Below, piece after piece: positions 19,091 to 30,800 of a stretch of 64,000 nucleotides of DNA; position 1 is the stretch's first letter, and every line of letters starts with the position of its first letter. The stretch lies in assembly GCF_052425735.1 (NCBI RefSeq), contig NC_135760.1, forward strand, positions 13,454,001-13,518,000. Reading direction: 5' to 3'. This stretch comes from Oculina patagonica. Lineage: Eukaryota. Both the position numbers and the translations under genes were made by a program. Under the pieces are notes generated by a model. The model saw only the letters and a list, made by a program, of their open reading frames with translations. It did no database searches and was not told the DNA's origin.

Positions 19091-20799
19091 CCTTTCCCCT
19101 ACATAAAAATCATTGACCCTCCCCATATTTGCACCATCCCCCCACCCTCTAAATAATGACTGGCTCCTGAATGCTTGCCTTAAAGTGGAAGGTGGAAGGG
19201 AATGATGACGACGACGGGATGCCGGTTAATTTTCATGTTCGAGGGTTATGTGAGTTTGTGACGAAAGAGAAATATGCTACAAAACATGTTTTAACAAAAT
19301 GCAATATTATTTTATAGTGAAATGAGTTGTTTTCTTTGACAGTTTATGAGGGCATGTGTCGACATGTGACTTTCATTTGACATAAGACGCGAAAGTATAA
19401 TTATTACCGTCATTTCCAAAAGGCTTCAAAAAACATAACACACATCAAACTGAGTGACCATTTCAAAGAAAAAAGGTTTTACTGAACACGTTTCAGCAAA
19501 AGTTTATAATTCCTAGAAAAACTTCTGGTTTCAGATTTAAAACGACGGTTTGGAATTTTACAGACATGTTTCCTCAGAATCGTCTGCCCTCATCACTGCA
19601 AATGTTTACTCAAGAGATGCAAATTTGACTATGAAGAAATAGGAATGCTAAATTGACACGTATACAAAAAAATAAAAAAAAACGTGCGGATAACAAAGAC
19701 AGCATGTGCAAAGTTTCTTTTATCTTGAGCTGGAAGGTAGTGCCGGCTTGATCGCCATTTTATATCTGAAACTTGTGACTTTCCTGCTGTCCAGACCTGA
19801 TTTAACTCTTTAAGCCCCGAGGCGACTGGTCTTTTTTCCTTAATCGATAAATTTTAAAAGTGTCTATGTATGATACACCATTTTAAAGGTATTGATCAGA
19901 ATGGTTCATAAAACATGTCAACAGATAATAAGAAAGCTAGGTCCTTGAAAGGAATGGCTTTAAAACGTAAAAATAAAAAGATTTAAAAATGTGTGTATCT
20001 CCGTTTATAGTATGTATACCCCTAAACTATTGCTTTTTAATGGCGGCAAAGCAGGGGAAGCGGGCGGGTGGGCGGGCCTGATGTAGCCCCACCAAACGAA
20101 AATTTGGGGGAGTTCAGCCCCTCCACGTTTTGGTGCCGAAAAAATCGCGAGCTCAGCGTAAAATTGGTTTGTCAAGTATTCCGTCTCGTGAGTGAGTTCA
20201 AACATCTTTGAAACTTCCTTGGAAGTCTTCGGGGAACTTCTTTGTTTTTTCGTTTATCTTCGGAAAAGTTCGAAAAACGATCGGAAACGTTCTTCCCACA
20301 CGTCTCTTACAGTAACCACTGGGTCCACTGCTAGCCGAAGGCATTAGTCTGAGAGCCGGAGGGAGAAACCTATAGAATATCTTATTCCATTGAAAGAAGA
20401 AGGAAATAAGATCTGACACTAGTAAGGCCATAAAAAGGTAGGACTATAAATTAATTAATTAATTAATTAATGGTAAAATAAGACAGGGATAGATAGGTTG
20501 ATAGTGGTAAACGTAGACTGTCCACAGCCCTCTATTTTTTCGTGTTTTTTCTATCGATGAGCGCGCGGTGAGAACGGCAAGAGAACTGGACGCCAGCGCA
20601 AAACGGAAGAAGCAAGGGGGTGGGGGGCGGGGATTCAAACATTTGATGAGCACTCGTCAACAGAAGCAAATGGTTTAGCTAGAAAACTAGCCTCTGTTTC
20701 TTCTGTGTGCTGAAATCACTGGTAAGCTCTCTTTTCGATGAATTTTGATTTCATGGCCTACTTTTCTTTTTATCGAGCAAAGGGTCTCATAATCTTTAT

Positions 20800-20972
20800 C
20801 CCGGCGGCATATGTGGTTGAGTTTGTTGTTGGTTCTCATCCTTGCTCCGAGGGTTTTTCTCCGGGTTCTTTGGTTTTCCTCCCTTCAAAAAAACCTACAC
20901 TACTAAATTTCAATTCGATCGGGAAGAGTGAACGAAGAGCCACTCTGTGGAAGTGCCGCTGCAAATTCCCAT
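20800..20972 (+). mobile_element. SINE fragment with V-domain-like core; second copy at ~58190-58325
   Basis: TCCTTGCTCCGAGGGTTTTTCTCCGGGTTCT..GGTTTTCCTCCC..AAAAACC..CTAAATT.CAATTCGAT is shared by both copies. Confidence 0.6.
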
Positions 20973-21356
20973 TTATAATCTCATAATCTCTCTCCGAGCA
21001 TAATACTTGAGGGAGAGCATAATTTGGATATGCCGACACTAAAATCCGTATAATTCCCAGTTTCTGAGCATAATGTACTAGGTAACAACAATACACTTCA
21101 AAAAAATTGTTTGCCCCGGAGGTTTTCCTTCTTCTTTCTTGGGAAATAGAAAAGAAAACTTGTGGAACCAGGGTACATGCATTCATGATCCCACTATACC
21201 GCCCAAAACTTATCACAAAATTTCAGAGTTTTGGGGAGTAAGAGATCTTGTGGGGTTGACAAAGCGCGTATTGCGGACATTTCAAAGGGCTGAGGAAAAA
21301 CTCGTGATTTAATTTACTGTTATGAAATTCAGTTAGATGCGAAATTTACAGCATAG

Positions 21357-21425
<69 letters not shown>
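21357..21425. repeat. (ATCA)n microsatellite, ~17 units; possibly the 3' tail of a minus-strand LINE remnant
   Basis: Read directly from the sequence. Confidence 0.9.
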
Positions 21426-21426
<1 letters not shown>

Positions 21427-22197
21427 GTCATAGCGCAGGATGAGGTTGCTCTCTGTATCCGAGCCAGAGGCTTATGTAAAAGCGCATGACAATAATTAAA
21501 GTAGATTTACTAGTATAAGTAATAATAACTAGTAATAATAATTAGTAATAAATAAAAAAATATTAAAGTAGATTACAATGTAATTATGAGTAAGAATATA
21601 AAAATGTACAAATGCTTTAACTCACCTACCCCAGAGCTATGTATATTTAACTGTTACTAAGTTCAAACTGATGAAACCATTAATACGCTCATTCATATAG
21701 AGAAATATTTCTTACTAGTTAACACTTCGCACTTCTATTTCTGAGTATAAATCTCTTTGTTATTTTTTTTCACATTTGATAATTGACACGAAGTCGTCGA
21801 TACGTCATGTAACTGTTTTATCGTTGATCTTCTTGTTGAAAAGCCACGCTGTTATGCTACTGTTTTACTTAAAACGCATTAACATGTGGAAAGCTTTCAT
21901 TTTCTAACATGGCAAACGAAAAATACACAGTGCAAAGAAAACCGTTGTCCGTAAAGCGATGTTAAATTTGTCTGTTGTCCGTATGAATGTTAGAGAAAAT
22001 GTATGAGCTTTTCGTTGGCACATAAAACACTGCCCGTAATAAGCGGGTGTCCGTGGGGTGGGGTTCCACTGTATTGTGAACTGATAAATTTTCCCCTTCC
22101 TTTCCTAAGGCAACAAAATTGCAAGTAGAACGCAAAATTTAGCCGGTTTCTTTTTAAACATTTTTGATCAATTTTTTCTCTCAAATCGCGACATTAA

Positions 22198-22944
22198 GGG
22201 CCTGTTTACATGGAAGGCGGGTGCCCCGGCTAACCGAGTTACCCGGCTAACCGAGCTACCCTGGGCGAGCCAACTTTTCATACGTTTCTTAAGAAAACGT
22301 ACTGAAGCCTTTACATGCTAGAAGGGTAACCCGCCTTGCCGGGGCACTCGGTCTACTTGCCCGGGGCACCCTTCTAGGCGGGACAGCTTTTTGCCATGTA
22401 AACGGTTATGACCGAGCTATCCCGGCTTGCCGGGATAGGTTTTCGCGCGTGTTTTTGAACTAAATTTGAAGTAAATGGCATAAAATGTATATATTCTGGA
22501 CCCAAACAGTGCTATTTGATCAAAATTAGTTTTATCGGTCGGCTGGAAAATATTTCTTTGAGCAACAGCTAATTAATTCGAAATTTTCGTTGGAATGATT
22601 ATCCTAATTCACGACACAAAAATTTAATTTCAATTTGACAGCCAAATACTGTTGAATTTCGATTTAATTTCGCCAAAAATGAACGCAGTAAATTTCTGAG
22701 AACTTGCACATCAAATTAAAATAGGTTTGAAGAGGAAAAGCCTTGATTATTCAGTAAAAAGTCATATTTTTCTTCAACCATTTGGAGCTACAATGTTTTC
22801 CCACACCGTGTCACGCTTCAATGACGCTGTCTCATCTCGGGTAGAAGGGCTGTGAATTCTACATGTAAAGGCGGGCTAGGTTTTATCCCTTCTAGCCGGG
22901 TAACTCTGTTAGCCGGGGCACCCTCCCTCCATGTAAACAGGCCC
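22198..22944. mobile_element. PIF/Harbinger-type MITE
   Basis: TIR GGGCCTGTTTACATGGA...TCCATGTAAACAGGCCC with TAA on both sides. Confidence 0.85.
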
Positions 22945-24804
22945 TAAGTAAAATTAAGGGGTCGCTTAGCAGCTCTCACAGGGGATGAATGGCTTGCAAG
23001 AAGGGTTTCGTCCTACTAAATAAAATGGCGCGTTACTAATTGATGGTAAACTAGCCTGCGAACAGGCCCCGGAGTGGGGTTACGCGAGCGAAGAAGGCGG
23101 GGCCGCACTCAGTCTTCATTCTTAACTCGGGAGCCTGTTCGCAGGCTAGTCAATTTACTATCAAATCAGTAGTGACGCGGCATTCTATTTTGGGGGTACT
23201 CTGCTTAGCTGTGGCAATCGAAGGTTATCTCGTTCCCAGATTTTTTTTTGTCCACTTGCAGCAAAGAAGGGAAGTAGCTATTTTCTAGATTACTGTTTCG
23301 GTATTTCCCAAGATTATTTTAGCAGGTGAAAGGTTTGTGTCTCTCTAGCTCATTTTAGTGGCTTCAACTGAGCCTCTTTAATACTCCTTAATACAGATGC
23401 CTCAAAAGGACAGGACGGAGCATCCAAATTATGAAGGTATCTGTTTTACAGAGGAAGAGTCAAATTTAAATTTTGGTATCTTCGGCAGAAGGGAACTGTC
23501 CACACATCATCCGATCTCACCATGGGTACGAACTGAATAATGAAATGTAACGTTATTCAGAATTTTTTTTTATTTCTGATGTCTATTTCTGATGTCCACT
23601 GCTCACTATAACAACTAAGCAACCCAGATATATTAGGAAGAATGAAGTATTGTAGCTTAAAAATTGTATGCATTGAAGTATTTATACCAGATTTGTTCTG
23701 ATAGCCTGTTCTCTCAGACTGAGTGACTGTAGCAAAACACATACAGTACGCTGCGGGAGTCAGTTCATTATCGTGTGTAATCAGATAATAAATTCTTTTA
23801 AAATATCTCTTGCGTTGGTTGAAGAATTCAATCAGTGTTCTTAAAATTGGGTTTATGGTTTAGCTGTGCAGTGGTTAAGCACCATCTTAAATATGTCCCA
23901 AGAATTCAGACCATGGTGGGTCTAAATGTTCAGCATTTACTCTCTTTCTGTTACCTTAATGCAACTAAGTATGTAGCTATGTCTTATAACTGTGTAAGTA
24001 ATATTTATAAAACGAATATCGTGTTCATGCTAATAACATTATCATAGATAAAACTATAGCTAATAATATTATCATAGAAAAAGTGCTTATTAATATAATT
24101 TGTATTCATATTGTACCACCGGCAGGTAAATCTTAGAACAACTTTTTTCCTTTTTTCAATCTTAAATGGAAGAACTTTTTTTCAATGACAATAAATACAA
24201 TTCGAACCTACTTTTAAATAACTTATGAGACAATGTCACCACATATAAATAACTAAATAAATACCTAACAGCAATTTTTCATCTACTATAATAACTGAAT
24301 GAGCAATATTGTGTATGAATGCAGGTGTGAAACCAGCTACTGGGTGCAGGAAGGCCCAGCGAAATATTTTGCAGAAAAATTTAACGATATCATTAACTTA
24401 GTTTACAATGACTGCATGACTTGCAGTTTTTTTCTTTTTATCTTTGTATAAAGAACATGTGATAATTAAACATGCTTGCCTGAGGATGTTCATTGTGGAT
24501 ACCTTGATTGATTGGTATATCATTGTTTCAGTGCCACATAAATTTATTCTTTGCACAGCTTATATGTTTTCCCTTCTAACTTTGCATGAGTACTAAGCTG
24601 CTTTCCAACATTGGACGCACTTGCCCACACGTAAAGAGCAGAAAACTTGAATAATTATTGATTTGACATACCCAGTTTACAACCAACAAACATGAAATTG
24701 CACTAAGCAACAAGAATTATTCCAAAAACATGAACAGGCAAACATGTTTTATAGCACCGTAGTGTCACATATAACAATATAATGGTACAATAAATTGTTA
24801 TTTA

Positions 24805-27800
24805 TTATCGCTGGGGTGGGTGAGGAATTGGTCCATGCGGAGCATACCCCTGTTGTCCTGGGGGTCCATGGGGCAATGCTCCACCCATATTCTTGCCTGT
24901 CCATGATTCCATTTTGGGACCTCTACTCATTATGTCCTAAAAATAATACAAAACAAAGTTAGCCAAATTAGGGGGAATGCACTTTATCAAGGAACAAAAA
25001 AAATATACCTCACCTTTAATTATTCCCTTTATACAAAGGGCAGCGGACAAATGTCAGACCAGATCAACTCTGATTGTTGATTTGAATAAGAATAGCATCT
25101 ATTGTGCATTTCCTCATGCCTGAATGAATAGCTGCAATTCGTATTCAAATCAGCAATTCAAGTTGATTTGATCCAGCTTGTCCCTGCCAATTTTTAGATG
25201 GTAGCCTGCGAGCAGGCTCTTTATTCGGGGGCAATGTGAATTGAACTCTTCGAGCGCCGAATCTATTCAGGGGTAATGTGAATTGAACTCGCGCTTTGGG
25301 CTCTGTTGATGGTCACATGTTCACAATAACTTTATCTCTTATCTTCCATACAAACCTGATCTCTCTGAAGTGCAAGGCTAAATTTTCAACTCCATACTTA
25401 TTTTTTAGAACTAGCCTGTGTGCAGCCATCCTGCCCCGCTCAACACAGGCTATTTTAGAATTTTACTTTTGAAGGAAGATATGAGTTATCACAAAGGACG
25501 GCTGATAAGTTAGGTCGTGGGACAATGAAAAAACAATTAAAGTTTTTAGAGGTGAACAATGTTGCCAAAACATGATCACAGAACGCTATTTTAATACACA
25601 TTTCCACTCACCATATTTCTGCCAAGTGCTTGGCCACTGGCATGAGGCAGCGATCCATGGGATGGACCAGGTGGGCCATAATTCATTTCCATGTCATACA
25701 CCCCTCCCTCCATGGGACCTCTGAATGGAGCATCTTGGTTACCTCTTGTGGAACTAGGAGGGCATGGTTGAAGTGATTGATGGGCTGTCATGTCACGTGG
25801 ACTGCGCGGTGGTTCAGGAGTTCTCGGTCTTTCAAATGCACTTTCATTACGATCAAAAACTTCTCCATGATGTGGATAACCTTTAAGGTACTCTGCTTGT
25901 TTTCCTATTCGAGGGCTAGATGGGGATGGCTCAGGAGGAGCCTGTCTTAGGGGCCCCAGGCTACCATGTTCCCAAGGGGCTGGTTTCATACCACGGGGAT
26001 CCAAAGCACCTAGTTTGGCAATACCAGGAGGTCCCAAACTAGGAGGGCTAAGAGGGGGTACAATTCCTCTTGGGGGTGGGAGAGGTGACACCATTTCAGA
26101 TACTGTTGGTCCCTTCTGTTTCTTCTTTTTAGTTTTGTCTTTCTTTTTCTTAGAAGGTATGGCAAGATTCTCTTGTTCATACTCTACAATGTCCTCAGCA
26201 TCAACAAAGTTGTTTTCTGTCTGTAACTGTGAGAGTCTCTGTGGGTATTTTGGGGGTGGAAGAATATCTTGAGCAAGTTGTCTTGAAGGTTGATTTGAAT
26301 TCTTGTGGGAGTCTGGTATGACCTGTCAGAACAATCACACAAACTACAATATCAGAGAGTGATCCTGAGAGTAAATCAGTAAATAGCAAAAAAGAAGGAG
26401 AGAAAAAAGATAACACAAAAAGTGTAAGGAAGAGTCAAAAGGGGGGGGGAGGGATAGGGGGTTTTTGTCAGATTAGAATGGTAGTAAAGAAAAAAAATTA
26501 TAAAACAAAAGGTAAAAAAAAAAAAAGGGCTAATAATCATGGTGATGATGATGATGATAATGACGACATACAACAATGAAATATGGTCAAACCCTATTTA
26601 TAAATTGTACACCATAGTGATACAGAAACTGTCCATACAAACAAATATTTGACCCTATTTTGCAGATAGAAAAAAATACGAGCTAGGGAACCCAGGGGGG
26701 GGGTACTGGATTTTAAGTGAGGGGAGATCGAATGGGAGCAAAAATCAAGACAAATAAATAAAAAATTGACCCCTCAAAATAATATCAACAGCAACATGAT
26801 TGTTTGTACTTATCACAGAACACACAGCCAAGGCACTACAACAAATCCAGATTGTTTTGAATACCCAAAAACACCCGGAATCGAGAATTCAAACCCAAAA
26901 AAATCCTCGATCATCCCCGTCACTTGAAACCCCGAGTACCCCCTGGGCTAGGGACCAAAAACATTGTGCATGATAAAATAGGTGTTAGTACAAAAAATGT
27001 GGTTTGACTGATTCAGAAGTTAATTTACCTGAGGTTGTGAGTCCATAACTTCTCCTCTCCTCTGCTTTTGTTTGCTGCCTTCATCTGGGTAATCTATTAA
27101 GTCCTCATCATGAACTACTTCCTCATTATCACTGCCAAGACTTGACACACTAAGTTCAACACTAACACTGCAGTTATCAGCATTATCAGGCTCACTATGT
27201 ACACTTGACGCACTTCCATGACCTTGCTGCAAACGTGTGCTGGAATATTCCAAGTTCTCCTCCTCGCAATCAATCTCAATGTCACCATCCTCCATGTCAA
27301 TAATCTCCTCCTTTTGATCCTCCATGTCAAGATTACTTACGACAACTAATATGTTGCCATCTTCAGTCCTCATATCAAAACTCGGAGCTTGATCTACTGA
27401 CTGTCTGGAATCACTTTCACTAAGAAACCCACTTTGCCTTGTTAGTGTACTCTGGCGTTTGTTTGTGATTGAAGGCCTGTTCTGTTTATTCCTGTCATCT
27501 GCATTGTTCAAATTTTTGGCGTCACTTCTTGAATCTTGTTCTTTCTTTTGACAACTTTGCTCATTTTCTACAGACGAATCCACATGTCCTGAGCCACCTT
27601 GCACTTCAAAACCATGAAGGTCTGACACGTCACAGTTCTGATCATGGATAGACCCTCTGTGCTGTTGTAATTGGTCGTTTGTTGTTGAATTAACTGCTTT
27701 GATTGTGGGAGCAGATGCCTGTGGCCTTGATGTATCAGTTTTGTCATCTTGACTATTGAAGAATAGGGTTATTTACATTTGTTATTTGAGTTAGTAAGAC

Positions 27801-30800
27801 TCCAAAGACATATCTCCTCTACACCTGGGGGGGGGGGGGGGCACTCCATATATGGGCTATATACGTATGTGCCGCTGTGAAGGGTATGGTTTTTAAGGAG
27901 TTTAGTCTGGGATATGGTATAGACATCAGAGAGTTTTGGTCTAGAATAGGGTATTTTTTTTATTTGCTGAGAAACTGATCAGTGGTATGAAGAATCAAGT
28001 CCAGAATAAGAATAGAAACTCGGAAGAGGAAGATGCTTCCCTAGACGTGCATAAAATCATCGTGACAACATTGTTGACAGATGGTTTCCATTAAAAACAC
28101 TTATACTGATGCATTTTTAAAAAAAAAACAAGTCTGGAATAGGGTAGGGATTTTCAGTATCTAGTCTAGTATATGGTTGCAAAACCAGCTGAAGATGGTC
28201 TGGTATAGGGTAAGGGTTGCAGAGTCCCAGCGACACACCCCGACTCAAAAATATACAAGGTGCCCCCCCCCCCCCCCACCGGGCCTCTACACTACACTTA
28301 CTTGCAGCCCTTAGCACCAAAAAAAAATATGAAATTAACTATTTGTTGCTTCCAAAACTAGTTGCTGATGTCAAACTTTATTTTGCTTGAGTTTACGAAG
28401 TAATAGTCTTTACAATCTGCTTATCCTACAGATTTGTATTATGGTTACAAACATGAAAATTTTACATGTCAAGAGCAACATTACCAAACAGTTGTAGTTC
28501 TAAAGTAAAACATCAGTTCCTAGTCTGATAAAATGATTTGATAAATATATTAAAGTGCACCTAACCCCCGAAACAATACTTTCAAAATTGATTGTACATG
28601 AGTTAGAGAGTTGAATGGTTAAATATTTCTTCATCTCAATGTTGCGTTTTTAAGTTATGAAGGTTTATTTTTCCAATATGTTAATGAGTATGACGTCTAC
28701 CCAGGCTTTAAAGCATACTTGTTTTGCTTATATCATTATTTACTCGCCATTACCAGACACCAAATTTACAATAAAAATTGTGGAAATTGCGAGTATTATG
28801 ATAATGCTTTTTAAATACTGCTTGTGTGAACCAGTCAAAATCTGTATATTGAATGAAGACTGGGTAGACGTCATACTCATTAACATATTGGAAAAATAAA
28901 CCTTCATAACTTAAAAACGCAACATTGAGATGAAGAAATACTTAACCATTCAACTCTCTAACTCAAGTTCAATCAATTTTGAAAGTATTGTTTCGGGGGT
29001 TAGGTGCACTTGAAAAAAATTATAAAAAATAATAGTAATCAGTCGATGTTTGTTGACACCATTCTCAAGACTAACAATAAAATTAAATATGCGATGTTGT
29101 TAAAAAGTTTCAAAATTTGCATAAAGCAAAAATTCCTAGATAAATACTTTTGCATGATATTGCATATTTATTTATTTTTTGTTATGAAATTTAGCGATAT
29201 AAAATCACGACGTTTCGACCTCTCCGAGGTCATTTTCAAGTGCGAATAAAAATATAAAAAATTAGCATAAATATATTAAAAATAGTAAAATAGGCAAAAT
29301 TGTCACGAACGCTGAAATGCGATAAAATATGTAAAATAAGTGACAAAATATTAATGAAGTTAAAAAGGGTTAAAAACTTAAAAATACAGAAACAATAAGA
29401 GTAATTAAAAAGAAAAACCGACCTAAACAAATTGTTTTGCGCGGATGGAATCGCATTGTTTGTTCAGAGTTGGTTTCAGTTCTTTGATAAAAAACATTTC
29501 ATAAATAAGGCAGTCAAACTTGCTCTGACACTTCTTCAAAATTCTAAAAAACTGCGCAATGTCATCTGGGGCCATACCGTGTTGTTCCTTGAGATGATTA
29601 CCAATGGTTGATCCCTTGTGTTCTTCAATTCGTTGGTGAAGATGTCGGCACGTGTATCCGACATACCCTGCATCACACAGGTTACACTGAAAATTATACA
29701 CAACGCATTGTTGATTCACAAGGGGTGGCTTGTCTTCCCTCACTTTGATTTCATCCTTGATTTTCCGACTCGTGTACATGGGGCTGATGTCTACCTTGAT
29801 CTTCCGGCTGAGGTCTCCAAGCTGTCTGCGGACCGAATTTGCAGATTTCTGGTCTTTGAAAGGCAGCACAATTCTGATTGGGTCTTGCTTCTCAAGATCG
29901 TTTTGTTGGGTAGGTGCACCCTCGGACACTTTAGACTCAATAAATTGACGGATGGTAGACTGTACAAGTTCTTCTGGGTAGCACAGATGGGAAAAGGTCA
30001 CTTTGAGGCGTTCACACTCTTGATGAAACAATTTCCACGAAGAAGAGAGCTTGAATGCACGGTTGAGCATGGTGTTCAATAGTGATCGTTTATATCTTAC
30101 ATCCACATGGCTATGATAGTGTAACAATAGCCTGGTGTCCGTAGGCTTTCGATACACCTTCGTGTCTAGATGGCATCCATTCCTGATGATATCCATTCCC
30201 AAGAAGGGGAGTCTGCCATTTTCTTCAAGCTCCATTGTGAAGTTGATAGAAGGATGACTGTTGTTTAATGTAATTAAGAGCTCAGAGGCTGTTTCTACAT
30301 CAGGCATTGCGCTAAGCGTATCATCGACATAGCGTTTGTAGAAGGCAGGCATCTCGTTTCTGGTTTCTAATTGTTTCTCGATGTTGCACATGAATGTGTT
30401 AGCCATGAGAGGTCCCAGTGGCGAACCCATAGCAACACCGTCCACCTGTTCGAAAAGGCTTCCTTCGAACTGAAAAAGCTGATTTTTCGTCGCAACTCGT
30501 AACAACTCAACGAATTGAAGAACACAAGGGATCGGCCATTGGTAATCACCTCAAGGAACAACACGGTATGGCCCCAGATGACATTGCGCAGTTTTTTAGA
30601 ATTTTGAAGAAGTGTCAGAGCAAGTTTGACTGCCTTATTTATGAAATGTTTTTTATCAAAGAACTGAAACCAACTCTGAACAAACAATGCGATTCCATCC
30701 GCGCAAAACTATTTGTTTAGGTCGGTTTTTTCTTTTTAATTACTCTTATTGTTTCTGTATTTTTAAGTTTTTAACCCTTTTTAACTTCATTAATATTTTG

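Noticed and set aside
30367-30687. 106-aa ORF across the Penelope junction, and the antisense ORF at 29618-30082
   Set aside because: These are antisense or off-frame shadows of the RT/GIY-YIG sequence.
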